Shown: positions 12,304-26,300, numbered from the stretch's first letter. The stretch: 64,000 nt of DNA from Eledone cirrhosa (GCA_964016885.1 OZ024743.1:201252001-201316000); one strand, 5' to 3'. Notes: generated by a model not told the origin, from the sequence alone. Program-made: numbers and translations.

Positions 12304-12490
12304 ATATTGTTATACTTTGGGAGGGTCATGTTGCCAATATGAAACACACGCACCAGTTGCTTTCACTTCAATTTATTATAATAAATTTTTTAATTTAGGA
12401 ATTTATAAATTACCTTCCCAAAGTATAACAATATCGGTTTCAACACACGTTTTCAGATAAAGAATCTTGCTAAACAAATTCAGAAACGAA
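12304..12490. mobile_element. Short fold-back element 4 (23-bp inverted repeat plus tail) between (TA)n runs
   Basis: 12304-12326 vs 12412-12434, one mismatch. Confidence 0.5.
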
Positions 12491-12512
12491 ATATATATAT
12501 ATATATATATAT

Positions 12513-12706
12513 ATAGGAAAAAGTATGACCCCGACGGCAGAGCTCAAGCCGTTTCGACGGCTATTTCTGGACTGAAATAGCCGTCGAAACGGCTTGTGCT
12601 CTGTCATCGGGGTCATACCTTTTCCTATTTCCTACTCTACTACCCTAAGTATTGACTACTCTGGTGCGTTATGGTCCATCTGGTTCCTTACCACAATTCC
12701 TTCGTT
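12513..12706 (+). mobile_element. Hairpin element 5 (55-bp arms, 6-nt loop, 3' tail) between (TA)n runs
   Basis: 12513-12567 vs 12574-12628, four mismatches; GC-rich compared with its surroundings. Confidence 0.65.
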
Positions 12707-12727
12707 ATATATATATATATATATCAA

Positions 12728-13870
12728 TCTCTCTCTCTCTCGCTATCTATCAATATATCTATCTATCAATCTCTATCTCTCTCTCCATCCCCCTCTATCT
12801 ATCTATCTATCTCTCAATCTCTCTCTCTCTCTATCTCTCCATCTCTCTCTCTCACACAATTCTCCCTCAACTCCCTCTCACATCACTCTCCTTCAACTAT
12901 CTGCTATCTGTTTTCTCTCCCCAACCCTTTTTAATTACTGTCCTTCATATCTTTCCCTCACCCACTCCCCCCACTCCCTCAAATCCTCCTTCCTTCAATC
13001 CTGCCTACACTCTGCCTCATCTTCCTCTCTGTCACCCCTCCACTCACTCATACCTTCCTCACTCCCACCACCCTCCTCTCTCCCAACCCTTTCTTCCACT
13101 CTCACTCATATCTTCCTCTCTCCCACCCCTCCACTCCCCTTCCTACTTACCTCCCACTCTCTACTCTCATTCATACCCTCCTCTCTTCCATGCATCCCTC
13201 TCCTCTCTCACTCATATCTTTCTCTCTCCCACCACTTCACTCTCACTCATATCATCTCCTCTCCCATCCACCTCCACTTTCCCTCATACCTACCTCTCTC
13301 CCATCCTCCTCCACTTTCCCTCATACCTACCTCTCTCCCATCCTCCTCCACTTTCCCTCATACCTACCTCTCTCCCATCCTCCTCCACTTTCCCTCATAC
13401 CTACCTCTCTCCCATCCTCCTCCACTTTCCCTCATACCTACCTCTCTCCCATCCATCCTCCACTTTCCCTCTCCACTCTCACTCATATCGGCTTCTCTCC
13501 CAGCCTCCTCTTCTCTCTCCCCCATACCTCTCCCATCACCCTCCACTCTCCCTCTTATTTTCCTCCCTCTCCAACCTCGTTCCTCTCTCTCCCACCACCT
13601 CTCCACCCTCATTCTCATCTCCACTCTCCCATATTACTTTATCTCTCTCCCATCACTCTTACCCCCCTCAGCCCTTCTCTCACCTCCTCAGCCCCACTCA
13701 TCTAACCCTCCTCAACCCCTCCTCTCTCTCCCATCACTCTTACCCCCTCCTCCCCTCTCCCCTCCCCTCTCCTCTAACCCTCCTCATCCCTTCACCTCTA
13801 ACCCTCCTCAACCCCTCCTTTCTCTCCCATCACTCTTACACCCCTCTCTCACCATACCTAACTGTTCTCC
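12728..13870. repeat. Polypyrimidine low-complexity tract including a 37-bp tandem repeat (13261-13470, about 5.5 copies)
   Basis: Unit CTCCCATCCTCCTCCACTTTCCCTCATACCTACCTCT. Confidence 0.9.
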
Positions 13871-13949
13871 CATGAGACACCTTCCATGAGATCATTGTGG
13901 AGTTCATTAAACAGAAGATATTTGGTTTAGGTTGGTATGGAGGGTAGCA

Positions 13950-14630
13950 ATGGTGGTGGTGGTTAGTGGGTGGTGATGATTGAGTGGTGGTGGTGATGAT
14001 GATTGGTGGTGGTGGTGGTATTTCTGTGGTGGTTGAGTGGTTTTAGTGGAGTTTGGGTGGTGATGGTGGTTGAGTGTTGGTAGTGGTGGTGGTTGTTGTT
14101 GGGTGGTGATGGTGATGGTGGTTGAGTTTTGGTGGTGGTAGTGGTGGTTGTTGAGTAGTGGTGGTGGTGGTGGTGGTGGTATTTGTGTGGTGGTGGTGGT
14201 GGTTGTTGGGTGGTGATGCTGGTGGTGGTTGAGTTTTGGTGGTGGTAGTGGTGGTGGTGGTGGTTGTTGGGTGGTGATGATGGTGGTGGTTGAGTTTTGG
14301 TGGTGGTAGTGGTGGTTGTTGTGTGGTGGTGGTGGTTGTTGTGTGGTGATGGTGGTTGTCGTGTGGTGATGGTGGTGGTGGTTGAGTTTTGGTGGTGGTA
14401 GTGGTGGTATTTGTGTGGTGGAGTATGGGTGCTGGTGGCATTGGTGGTTTGGTGGTACTGTTTGGGTGGTAGTGTTTGAGTGGTGGTGATTGTTGGGTGG
14501 TAGTGTTTGGGAGGATGAGTGGTGGTTTGATGATTGTGGTGGTGGTGTTTGTGTGGTGGTAGTGGTGATGATGGTGGTGATGATGGTGGTGATGATGGTG
14601 GTGATGATGGTCATGATAGTGATGTTGGTT
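13950..14630. repeat. Degenerate (GGT)n microsatellite
   Basis: Directly visible. Confidence 0.9.
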
Positions 14631-14633
14631 GTT

Positions 14634-14812
14634 AATAATTGTTTCTACTTTTTGGTACAAGGCCAGCAATTATCCCAGTACATTACTGGTACTTTATTTT
14701 ATCGAACCCGTAAGGATGAAAGGCAAAGTTAACCTCAGCGGGATTTGAACTCAGATCATAAAGCGACGTAACTCTATGCTGGAAAGCATGGCGTCCGACC
14801 CTTTACCGCCCA
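14634..14812 (-). mobile_element. SINE of the same subfamily as the 4254-4820 trimer
   Basis: Reverse complement of the trimer unit (GGATTTGAACTCAG, ACTGGTACTTTATTTTATCGA, ACAAGGCCAGCAATTA). Confidence 0.85.
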
Positions 14813-15484
14813 CGCTGGTTGTTAATAATGGTGATGTTGAAAGTGTGGGTGATTGTAGTGGTTGTGAAGGTGTCCGTGGTGGTTACGGTATCAACAGTTG
14901 TAGTGATGGTGGTTTGGTAATAATAGTGATGGCGATAGTGTAGGTGATTGTGAAGGCTGTGGTGGTAGTGTAGGTTAGGGTGGTGACTATGATAGTGATG
15001 CTGGCATTGGTGGTGAAGGTGGTGGTGGTTTATGATGTCAACAGTTGTTCTGGTGGTAGTAGTGATGGTGATGGCAATGGTATGACAGGGATGGGAGTTG
15101 TAGTGATTGTCTTCCTGGTTGTTATGGTATCAACAGTTAAGATGGTTGTGGTGATGATGCAAGCAGTGCCTAAAAAGGATATTAGCTATCTTCTCCCACC
15201 CACGTACACGACCACCACCACCACTGCCACCACCGCCATCACCATTATGACAATGTCAACATGTCTTACAAAGAAACACAAAAGAAAGAGAAACAGAGAG
15301 AAGAGGAAAGGGAACGAGAGAGAAAGGGCTGGTATGGCTAGCTGTCCGATGGAATGCCATAATGCCATGCCTGCAAAAGATTGCTGTTGAATGGTGAGTG
15401 GTGGTGGTGGTGGTGGTGGTGGTTGTCATTGTCATCATGGTATGGATGGCTTACAAGAGTGTAGAGCAAGCTGTGGAGACATGC

Positions 15485-16175
<691 letters not shown>

Positions 16176-16356
16176 CCTAATAATTGATATTATCTTGAGC
16201 CTCTGGCAGAAACAGTACAGAACGTGAAAACACTTCAGAAAACATATCTGTCCCTTTGATGGGGTTTCTGGCCAAACTGTTAAAATATCTCTCTACCTAA
16301 CTGCAAAACAATTTAATCTATTTTAGAATTGCTTGCCCTCACTAATTTTCTGACAA

Positions 16357-16640
16357 GATGGTGGAATTGGTAGAGTTGGTGTGGTTGGTGGACTGGATTG
16401 ACAGTTATATGACTCTCTGTGATTTGAGTTCAAATCTCACCAAGGTAGATATTGTTTATCATTGTTTTGAGGTTGATGAATAAAATACCATAGGCAGCAA
16501 ATTGGCACAGTCATTAGCCCTTCAGATACAATGCATTGCATTATTCATTCTAGCTTTCTGCACTCTCTGAGTTAAAATCCTGCCAAGGTCAACTATGTTT
16601 TTCATTCTTTTGAGGCAGATACCAGCACTGGAATCAATTC
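16357..16640 (+). mobile_element. Two adjacent old, degenerate SINE copies
   Basis: B-box remnants TGAGTTCAAATCTC and TGAGTTAAAATCCTGCCAAGGTCAAC with recognisable downstream body. Confidence 0.6.
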
Positions 16641-17599
16641 TTTCTCTATCTATCTTTCTTGTATCTTCTCAATCACTATTTCTCTTTCTTTGGAAGAAAT
16701 TAGCTGTGTTCAGACCTAGAGAAAGGATGGGCTTTGCCAGATTTAAAGTGCCCAAGACATACTGATTTCAATATGGTGCCCATATGACTCCACCGAGCAT
16801 TATGGGTCTATATATACATACACAAATAAATTACCAATCAAGGGTGGGGTATTTGCAGAAGTGTTACAACATCAAATAGGGTGTCAATGATATCTGTTCC
16901 AGCTCTGTGCAGTGTGAATTCGAATCTCACCTCTTATCACAGAAAAAATGATGGACCAATAGAACTGGGACTCCTATCATTAAAACATCAAAGAGACCTT
17001 TAAAAAGATGCAGCCTCATCTAAGGCCAGCTTAACCTATGTAGGTGTGAGTTATAACAACAAAAGCAACAACTATTTTATGTCACAAACCATAACATTCA
17101 CTAGTTTCCTCAGATCTTACAATTTACTTTGTTAAATACATAAGGAGCTTCTATATAACCACTCAATATGCTAGAAATAACAACCAAATCTCTTTCAGAT
17201 TACACCAACAAGCATTAATAAAGGATTAGATATACAAAAATACATGATTGAAGAGCAATGCCCATGACCTTCAGAAACTGGCAAGAAGTAAAAAATTAAA
17301 GTATTCTCAGACCAGAGAGTTTGTCCAAATAATTTTAACAGAATGGAATCTGCTAAAAGCAACCAAAGGCCAAGTAATACCTGTTAAACTGAGCAACAGA
17401 TTATGTCTGCCACCCAAGAAATCAGAAGGCCAAGAGCTGGAATAAATACCACAAGGCATTCTGTCCAATATTTTAACAATTCTGCTTGGGACAGGTACTA
17501 TATTTTCTATTGATCCAAAAAATGATGAAAAGTCAAGTTAACTTCAGTTGGATATGATCTTTGAGTGCTGAGAGCTGGAACAAATATTTTTTTTTTCAG

Positions 17600-17800
17600 A
17601 TTTAGGAATGGAGCCAACAATTACGAGGGAGGGGAAAGTTGATTAAATCAATCCCAGTGCATTACTCGTACTTTATTTTATCAACCCCATAAGGTTGAAA
17701 GGGAAAGTTCAAATCCTTGGCAGGATTTGAACTCAGATCCTAAAGGGCCATAACTCTATGCCATAAAGCATGTTGCCCAACACTCCACTGATACTGATAC
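17600..17800 (-). mobile_element. SINE, longer variant of the trimer family
   Basis: GGATTTGAACTCAG, TACTTTATTTTATC and AACTCTATGC..AAAGCATG shared with the 14634 copy, plus an extra GGGAGGGGAAAGTTGATTAAATCAAT segment. Confidence 0.75.
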
Positions 17801-17989
17801 TGCCTATGCACCACACTTAGAGCTGGAACAAATATTAAAAGGTATTTTGTTGTATGCTGTAATGACTGTCAATTTTGATACCTATGTGATTGTCTTGGAG
17901 GAAAAGGATTTCACGAGTGGTGTTCTAGGTACTTCTTACTGTCTAGGTGATCTTGAAAAATACAGAGAGGTGGGGAGCAAGAGAGAAAT

Positions 17990-18132
17990 TGAGCCCAGTA
18001 TTTGACAAGTACTTTATTTGACCACTGAAGAATGAAATGCAAAGTTGGTCTTTAGACTGAGAACTCAAAGAACCAAAAGAAATACCGCAAGGCATTTATC
18101 TGACACTGTTGACTTTGCCAATCAACTATCCT
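17990..18132 (-). mobile_element. Degenerate SINE
   Basis: CCCAGTA...GTACTTTATTT...GCAAAGTTG...GAACTCA...AAATACCGCAAGGCATTT remnants; further fragments around 17420-17580. Confidence 0.55.
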
Positions 18133-18163
18133 ACCAATAATGTCACAGCTCAAACATATGTTA

Positions 18164-18506
18164 ATTTAGTTGGCTTCCTATGTAGTTATATCTCAGAGGT
18201 TGTTCATGTGTTTTAATGACAGTGACCCTAGTCCTGCCATGTTGCTGTTACCCCTAACACCTATGTAGATTTAGTTGACTTCCTATGTAGTTGTATCTCA
18301 GAGGTTGTTCATGTTTTAATGACAGTGACCCTAGTCCTGCCATGTTGCTGTTACCCCTAACACCTATGTAGATTTAGTTGGCCTCCTATGAGGTTATATC
18401 TCAGAGGTTGTTCATGTTTTAATGACAGTGACCCTAGTACTGCCATGTTGCTGTTACCCCTAACACCTATGTAGCTATAGTTGGTCTCCTATGAGGTTAT
18501 ATCTCA
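18164..18506. repeat. Tandem repeat of 103-105 bp, about 3.3 copies
   Basis: Units start at 18164, 18269, 18372 and about 18475. Confidence 0.92.
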
Positions 18507-19358
18507 TTGAAGTTTTTTCAAATGTTCTTATATTTGGGGCTCCAAATCCTATCAAGTATATGTTATTACAGCCAACATCTGAGTAAGATTAGCTGGCCAT
18601 CTACAAGGTTGTGTCTTTTAGGTAGCTACAAGGGGGTTTTAATGATAAGGGTCCCAGTAATATACTGGTGTCAATTTTATTGACTATAACATTTTCCATA
18701 CAAATTTTGTCCTCAATACTAGTCAAAGAAAATCCATATTTTCAATTATTTTCATTTCACAGAATTCTCTGTTTAAGTGTTATCGAAGAGAGAAGTGGGT
18801 GGGGTAGTTGAGTGGAGATTATGTGGGTCAGGGTTAGATAATTGTGGATAATGGGGGGTCAATAGTTGGGGTAGCTAGAGCCCCTGGTAACACCTCCTCA
18901 TATTTATCAATATCATTGTTCTCAGGAACACCACTCTCTCTCTCTCTCACTCTCTCCCTCTCTTTCATCCCTCCTCCTAGTTCTCTCCCTCCTCTTCGCT
19001 CTCTTTCTTTCCTCTTCATTACACATTCCAGCTCGCTTCTTTCTTTTTCTCTCTCTCTCTCTTCTATTTCCATCCTCCACCACTCTCCACTCTTCCCAGT
19101 ATTTCACCCACCTACACCTCTGCACAACATTGTATTCTTCTCCCTTTCATTCCCCCCCTCTTCAGTCTCTTTATTCCATCCTGTCCCCTGCCCACACTCA
19201 TTCACCCCCTCCATGATGTCTTCCTATTTACTTTATCTCTATTTTCCTTATTTTTTCCCTTTCCTGTCTCACCTCTCTTTGTCAATAATTCACTCATTAA
19301 TTTTCCTTCTTTATCCTCACTCACTCTCATTCTCACATTATCTACCTTTCCTTCTACG

Positions 19359-19432
<74 letters not shown>

Positions 19433-19633
19433 ACTATCTATCTACCAATCTTTCTACATACCTATGCATCTACCTACCCATCCAACTATCTTCCTATACA
19501 CATATATATCCACCTACCTATCTCTATCATTCAATCTACCTACTTAGCTATCCATCTATCCACCTGACTGTATGTCAGTCTATCACTATCTACCAATCTA
19601 CCAATCTATCTATCTATCTATCTATCTATCGAC

Positions 19634-19728
<95 letters not shown>
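19359..19728. repeat. (TATC)n microsatellite with degenerate centre
   Basis: Directly visible. Confidence 0.92.
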
Positions 19729-20352
19729 AGCCAGTTTCCTCCACAATCAATATTCAATTGTCATGGAATATCACAGCAATTGTTCACACTATTCAATTGA
19801 CTTTAACCATTCTCCATTCTTTTTCTTCTGTCCCCTTCCGCCATTCTTTCACTCTCTACACTTCCATCTTTCTCTCCTTACTTCTCTTTTCTCCTCTTCA
19901 TCTTCTCTCTTTCGAAGTCTTGCTCTCCTGTTTCACCATTTTACTTGGTTTCAATCTTATCTTACTCTGGCTTGTTGCTTCTATTGTTCAAATATACAAT
20001 CTCTGCTTGGTTCCTTCTTCTTCTTAGTTATAGTTGTTATTGTTGTTACTGTTGTTTCAGATATTGTGTTCTTGGTCTAGTTGTTATTATTGCTACTGCT
20101 GCTGCAAATACTGTTATTGTTGATGTTGTTGTTGTTGTCGTCTCAGATATTGTGTTGTTGTTGCTGTTGTTGTTACTGTTGTTGTTGCAGGTGCTGTTGC
20201 CGGTGCTGTTGCTGTTGTTGTTGATGGTGCTGTTGTTTCAGATATTGTGTTCTTGGTCTAGTTGTTATTGCTGCTGCTGCTACTGCTACTGCTGTTATTG
20301 ATGTTGTTGTTGTTGTTGTAGTTGGATTTATTTAAGATATTGTTGTTGTCCT

Positions 20353-23300
20353 AGTTGTTGTTGTTGGTGGTGGTGTTGTTGTGGGTGGTGGTGGTGTTGT
20401 TGGTGGTGGTGCTGTTGTTGGTGGTGCTGTTGTTGGTGGGGGTGCTATTGCTGTTGGTGGTGGTGGTGCTGTTGTTGGTGGTGGTGCTGTTGTTGGTGGT
20501 GGTGCTGTTGTTATTGGTGGTGGTGGTGGTGCTGTTGTTGGTGGTGGTGCTGTTGTTCTTGGTGGTGGTGCTGTTGTTGGTGGTGGTGCTGTTGTTGTTG
20601 GTGGTGCTGTTGTTGGTGGGGGTGCTATTGTTGTTGGTGGTGGTGGTGCTGTTGTTGGTGGTGGTGCTGTTGTTGGTGGTGGTGCTGTTGTTGGTGGTGG
20701 TGGTGGTGCTGTTGTTGGTGGTGGTGCTGTTGTTGTTGGTGGTGCTGTTGTTGTTGTTGGTGGTGGTGCTGTGGTTGGTGGTGGTGCTGTTGTTGGTGGT
20801 GCTGTTGTTGTTGTTGGTGGTGCTGTGGTTGGTGGTTGTGCTGTTGTTGGTGGGGGTGCTGTTGTTGTTGGTGGTGCTGTTGTTGGTGGTGGTGCTGTGG
20901 TTGGTGGTGGTGGTGCTGTTGTTGGTGGTGGGGCTGTTGTTGTTGTTGGTGGTGCTGTTGTTGGTGGTGGGGCTGTTGTTGGTGGTGGTGCTGCTGTTGT
21001 TGGTGGTGGTGCTGTTGGTGTTGGTGGTGCTGTTGTTGGTGGTGGTGGTGTTGTTGGCGGTGGTACTGTTGTTGGTGGTGGTGCTGTTGTTGTTGTTGGT
21101 GCTGTTGTTGTTGGTGGTGCTGTTGTTGTTGGTGGTGGTGCTGTTGTTGGTGGTGGTGCTGTTGTTGGTAGTGGTGCTGTTGTTGTTGGTGGTGCTGTTG
21201 TTGGTGGTGGTGGTGTTGTTGGTGGTGGTGCTGTTGCTGGTGGTGCTGTTGTTGGTGGTGGTGCTGTTGTTGTTGTTGGTGCTGTTGTTGTTGGTGGTGC
21301 TGTTGTTGTTGGTGCTGTTGTTGTTGGTGGTACTGTTGTTGGTGGTGGTGGTGTTGTTGGTGGTGATGCTGTTGGTGGTGGTGCTGTTGTTGGTGGTGGT
21401 GCTGTTGTTGTTGGTGGTGCTGTTGTGGGTGGTGGTGCTGTTGTTGGTGGTGGTGCTGTTGTTGTTGGTGGTGCTGTTGTTGGTGGTGGTGGTGTTGTTG
21501 GTGGTGCTGTTGTTGGTGGTGGTGCTGTTGTTGGTGGTGGTGTTGTTCTTGTTGGTGGTGCTGTTGTTGGTGGTGGTGCTGTTGTTGGTGGTGGTGGTGT
21601 TGTTGTTGGTGGTGCTGTTGTTGTTGGTGGTGCTGTTGTTGGTGGTGCTGTTGTTGGTGGTGGTGGTGGTGTTGTTGGTGGTGGTGCTGTTGTTGGTGGT
21701 GGAGCTGTTGTTGGTGGTGGTGCTGTTGTTGGTGGTAGTGGTGCTGTTGTTGGTGGTGCTGTTGTTGGTGGTGCTGCTGTGGTTGGTGGTGCTGTTGTTG
21801 TTGTTGGTGGTGCTGTTGTTGGTGGTGCTGCTGTGGTTGGTGGTGCTGTTGTTGTTGGTGGTGGTGCTGTTGTTGTTGGTGGTGCTGTTGTTGTTGGTGG
21901 TGGTGCTGTTGTTGTTGGTGGTGCTGTTGTGTTGGTGGTGCTGTTGTTGTTGGTGGTGCTGTTGTTGTTGGTGGTGCTGTTGTGGGTGGTGGTGCTGTTG
22001 TTGGTGGTACTGTTGTTGGTGGTGGTGGTGTTGTTGGTGGTGCTGTTGTTGGTGGTGGTGCTGTTGTTGGTGGTGCTGTTATTGGTGGTGGTGCTGTTGT
22101 TGGTGGTGGTGATGTTGTTGTTGGTGGTGCTGTTGTTGGTGGTGGTGCTGTTGTTGGTGGTGGTGCTGTTGTTGGTGGTGCTGTTGTTGGTGGTGGTGCT
22201 GTTGTTGGTGGTGGTGCTGTTGTTGTTGGTGGTGCTGTTGTTGGTGGTGGTGCTGTTGTTGGTGGTGGTGCTGTTGTTGTTGGTGGTGCTGTTGTTGTTG
22301 GTGGTGCTGTTGTTGTTGGTGGTGCTGTTGTTGTGGGTGGTGGTGCTGTTGTTGGTAATGGTGCTGTTGTTGTTGGTGGTGCTGTTGTTGGTGGTGCTGT
22401 TGTTGGTGGTGCTGTTGTTGGTGGTGGTGCTGTTGTTGGCGGTGCTGTTGTTGGTGGTGGTGGTGTTGGTGGTGGTGCTGTTGTTGGTGGTGGTGCTGTT
22501 GTTGGTGGTGCTGTTGTTGGTGGTGGTGCTGTTGTTGTTGGTGGTGCTGTTGTTGGTGGTGGTGCTGTTGTTGGTGGTGGTGCTGTTGTTGTTGGTGGTG
22601 CTGTTGTTGGTGGTGGAGCTGTTGTTGGTGGTGCTGTGGTTGGTGGTGGTGCTGTTGTTGTTGGTGGGGCTGTTGTGGTTGGTGGGGCTGTTGTTGGTGG
22701 TGGTGCTGTTGTTGGTGGTGGTGCTGTTGTTGGTGGTGCTGTTGTTGGTGGTGGTGCTGTTGTTGGTGGTGGTGCTGTTGTTGGTGGTGGTGGTGCTGTT
22801 GTTGGTGGTGGTGTTGTTGTTGTTGGTGGTGCTGTTGTTGGTGGTGGTGCTGTTGTTGGTGGTGGTGCTGTTGTTGGTGGTGCTGTTGTTGGTGGTGGTG
22901 CTGTTGTTGGTGGTGGTGCTGTTGTTGGTGGTGCTGTTGTTGTTGGTGGTGCTGTTGTTGTTGGTGGTGCTGTTGTTGGTGGTGGTGCTGTTGTTGGTGG
23001 TGGGGCTGTTGTTGGTGGTGGTGCTGTTGTTGTTGGTGTTGCTGTTGTTGTTGGTGGGGCTGTTGTTGGTGGTGGGGCTGTTGTTGGTGGTGGTGCTGTT
23101 GTTGGTGGTGGTGCTGTTGTTGTTGGTGGTGCTGTTGTTGTTGGTGGTGCTGTTGTTGTGGGTGGTGGTGCTGTTGTTGTTGGTGGTGCTGTTGTTGGTA
23201 ATGGTGCTGTTGTTGTTGGTGGTGCTGTTGTTGGTGGTGCTGTTGTTGGTGGTGCTGTTGTTGGTGGTGGTGCTGTTGTTGGCGGTGCTGTTGTTGGTGG

Positions 23301-26300
23301 TGGTGGTGTTGGTGGTGGTGCTGTTGTTGGTGGTGGTGCTGTTGTTGGTGGTGGTGCTGTTGTTGGTGGTGGTGCTGTTGTTGTTGGTGGTGCTGTTGTT
23401 GTTGGTGGTGCTGTTGTTGGTGGTGGTGCTGTTGTTGGTGGTGGTGCTGTAGTTGTTGGTGGTGCTGTTGTTGGTGGTGGAGCTGTTGTTGGTGGTGCTG
23501 TGGTTGGTGGTGGTGCTGTTGTTGTTGGTGGGGCTGTTGTTGTTGGTGGGGCTGTTGTTGGTGGTGGTGCTGTTGTTGGTGGTGCTGTTGTTGGTGGTGC
23601 TGTTGTTGTTGGTGGGGCTGTTGTTGTTGGTGGTGCTGTTGTTGTTGGTGGTGCTGTTGTTGTTGGTGGTGCTGTTGTTGGTGGGGCTGTTGTTGTTGGT
23701 GGTGCTGTTGTTGGTGGTGCTGTTGTTGGTGGTGGTGCTGTTGTTGGTGGGGCTGTTGTTGTTGGTGGTGCTGTTGTTGGTGGTGCTGTTGTTGTTGGTG
23801 GGGCTGTTGTTGGTGGTGGTGTTGTTGTTGGTGGTGGGGCTGTTGTTGGTGGTGCTGTTGTTGTTGGTGGGGCTGTTGTTGGTGGTGCTGTTGTTGTTGG
23901 TGGTGCTGTTGTTGGTGGTGGTGCTGTTGTTGTTGGTGGTGCTGTTGTTGTTGGTGGTGCTGTTGTTGGTGGTGCTGTTGTTGGTGGTGGTGCTGTTGTT
24001 GGTGGTGGGGCTGTTGTTGGTGGTGCTGTTGTTGTTGGTGGTGCTGTTGTTGTTGGTGGGGCTGTTGTTGTTGGTGGTGCTGTTGTTGTTGGTGGTGCTG
24101 TTGTTGTTGGTGGGGCTGTTGTTGTTGGTGGTGCTGTTGTTGTTGGTGGTGCTGTTGTTGTTGGTGGTGCTGTTGTTGTTGGTGGTGCTGTTGTTGTTGT
24201 TGGTGCTGTTGTTGTTGGTGGTGCTGTTGTTGTTGGTGGTGGTGCTGTTGTTGGTGGTGGTGCTGTTGTTGGTAGTGGTGCTGTTGTTGTTGGTGGTGCT
24301 GTTGTTGGTGGTGGTGGTGTTGTTGGTGGTGATGCTGTTGGTGGTGGTGCTGTTGTTGGTGGTGGTGCTGTTGTTGTTGGTGGTGCTGTTGTTGTTGGTG
24401 GTGCTGTTGTGGGTGGTGGTGCTGTTGTTGGTGGTGGTGGTGTTGTTGGTGGTGATGCTGTTGGTGGTGGTGCTGTTGTTGGTGGTGGTGCTGTTGTTGG
24501 TGGTGGTGCTGTTGTTGGTGGTGGTGTTGTTCTTGTTGGTGGTGCTGTTGTTGGTGGTGGTGCTGTTGTTGGTGGTGGTGGTGTTGTTGTTGGTGGTGCT
24601 GTTGTTGTTGGTGGTGCTGTTGTTGGTGGTGCTGTTGTTGGTGGTGGTGGTGGTGTTGTTGGTGGTGGTGCTGTTGTTGGTGGTGGAGCTGTTGTTGGTG
24701 GTGGTGCTGTTGTTGGTGGTGGTGGTGCTGTTGTTGGTGGTGCTGTTGTTGGTGGTGCTGCTGTGGTTGGTGGTGCTGTTGTTGTTGTTGGTGGTGCTGT
24801 TGTTGGTGGTGCTGCTGTGGTTGGTGGTGCTGTTGTTGTTGGTGGTGGTGCTGTTGTTGTTGGTGGTGCTGTTGTTGTTGGTGGTGGTGCTGTTGTTGTT
24901 GGTGGTGCTGTTGTGTTGGTGGTGCTGTTGTTGTTGGTGGTGCTGTTGTTGTTGGTGGTGCTGTTGTGGGTGGTGGTGCTGTTGTTGGTGGTACTATTGT
25001 TGGTGGTGGTGGTGTTGTTGGTGGTGCTGTTGTTGGTGGTGGTGCTGTTGTTGGTGGTGCTGTTATTGGTGGTGGTGCTGTTGTTGGTGGTGGTGATGTT
25101 GTTGTTGGTGGTGCTGTTGTTGGTGGTGGTGCTGTTGTTGGTGGTGGTGCTGTTGTTGGTGGTGCTGTTGTTGGTGGTGGTGCTGTTGTTGGTGGTGGTG
25201 CTGTTGTTGTTGGTGGTGCTGTTGTTGGTGGTGGTGCTGTTGTTGGTGGTGGTGCTGTTGTTGTTGGTGGTGCTGTTGTTGTTGGTGGTGCTGTTGTTGT
25301 TGGTGGTGCTGTTGTTGTGGGTGGTGGTGCTGTTGTTGGTAATGGTGCTGTTGTTGTTGGTGGTGCTGTTGTTGGTGGTGCTGTTGTTGGTGGTGCTGTT
25401 GTTGGTGGTGGTGCTGTTGTTGGCGGTGCTGTTGTTGGTGGTGGTGGTGTTGGTGGTGGTGCTGTTGTTGGTGGTGGTGCTGTTGTTGGTGGTGCTGTTG
25501 TTGGTGGTGGTGCTGTTGTTGTTGGTGGTGCTGTTGTTGGTGGTGGTGCTGTTGTTGGTGGTGGTGCTGTTGTTGTTGGTGGTGCTGTTGTTGGTGGTGG
25601 AGCTGTTGTTGGTGGTGCTGTGGTTGGTGGTGGTGCTGTTGTTGTTGGTGGGGCTGTTGTGGTTGGTGGGGCTGTTGTTGGTGGTGGTGCTGTTGTTGGT
25701 GGTGGTGCTGTTGTTGGTGGTGCTGTTGTTGGTGGTGGTGCTGTTGTTGGTGGTGGTGCTGTTGTTGGTGGTGGTGGTGCTGTTGTTGGTGGTGGTGTTG
25801 TTGTTGTTGGTGGTGCTGTTGTTGGTGGTGGTGCTGTTGTTGGTGGTGGTGCTGTTGTTGGTGGTGCTGTTGTTGGTGGTGGTGCTGTTGTTGGTGGTGG
25901 TGCTGTTGTTGGTGGTGCTGTTGTTGTTGGTGGTGCTGTTGTTGTTGGTGGTGCTGTTGTTGGTGGTGGTGCTGTTGTTGGTGGTGGGGCTGTTGTTGGT
26001 GGTGGTGCTGTTGTTGTTGGTGTTGCTGTTGTTGTTGGTGGGGCTGTTGTTGGTGGTGGGGCTGTTGTTGGTGGTGGTGCTGTTGTTGGTGGTGGTGCTG
26101 TTGTTGTTGGTGGTGCTGTTGTTGTGGGTGGTGGTGCTGTTGTTGTTGGTGGTGCTGTTGTTGGTAATGGTGCTGTTGTTGTTGGTGGTGCTGTTGTTGG
26201 TGGTGCTGTTGTTGGTGGTGCTGTTGTTGGTGGTGGTGCTGTTGTTGGCGGTGCTGTTGTTGGTGGTGGTGGTGTTGTTGGTGGTGCTGTTGTTGGTAGT

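Noticed and set aside
12425-12462. Minus-strand CTGAAAA...GAAA in element 4
   Set aside because: Core deviates from CUGANGA and convincing stems I and II are absent.
11230-12628. MITE or pre-miRNA interpretation of the hairpins
   Set aside because: Inverted repeats are not terminal on the right (tails of about 55-95 bp follow), and the arms coincide with hammerhead cores.
18020-18050. GACCA-CTGAAGA-AT-GAAA...TGGTC hammerhead-like string
   Set aside because: No stem II or stem III, and it lies inside a decayed SINE; likely chance.
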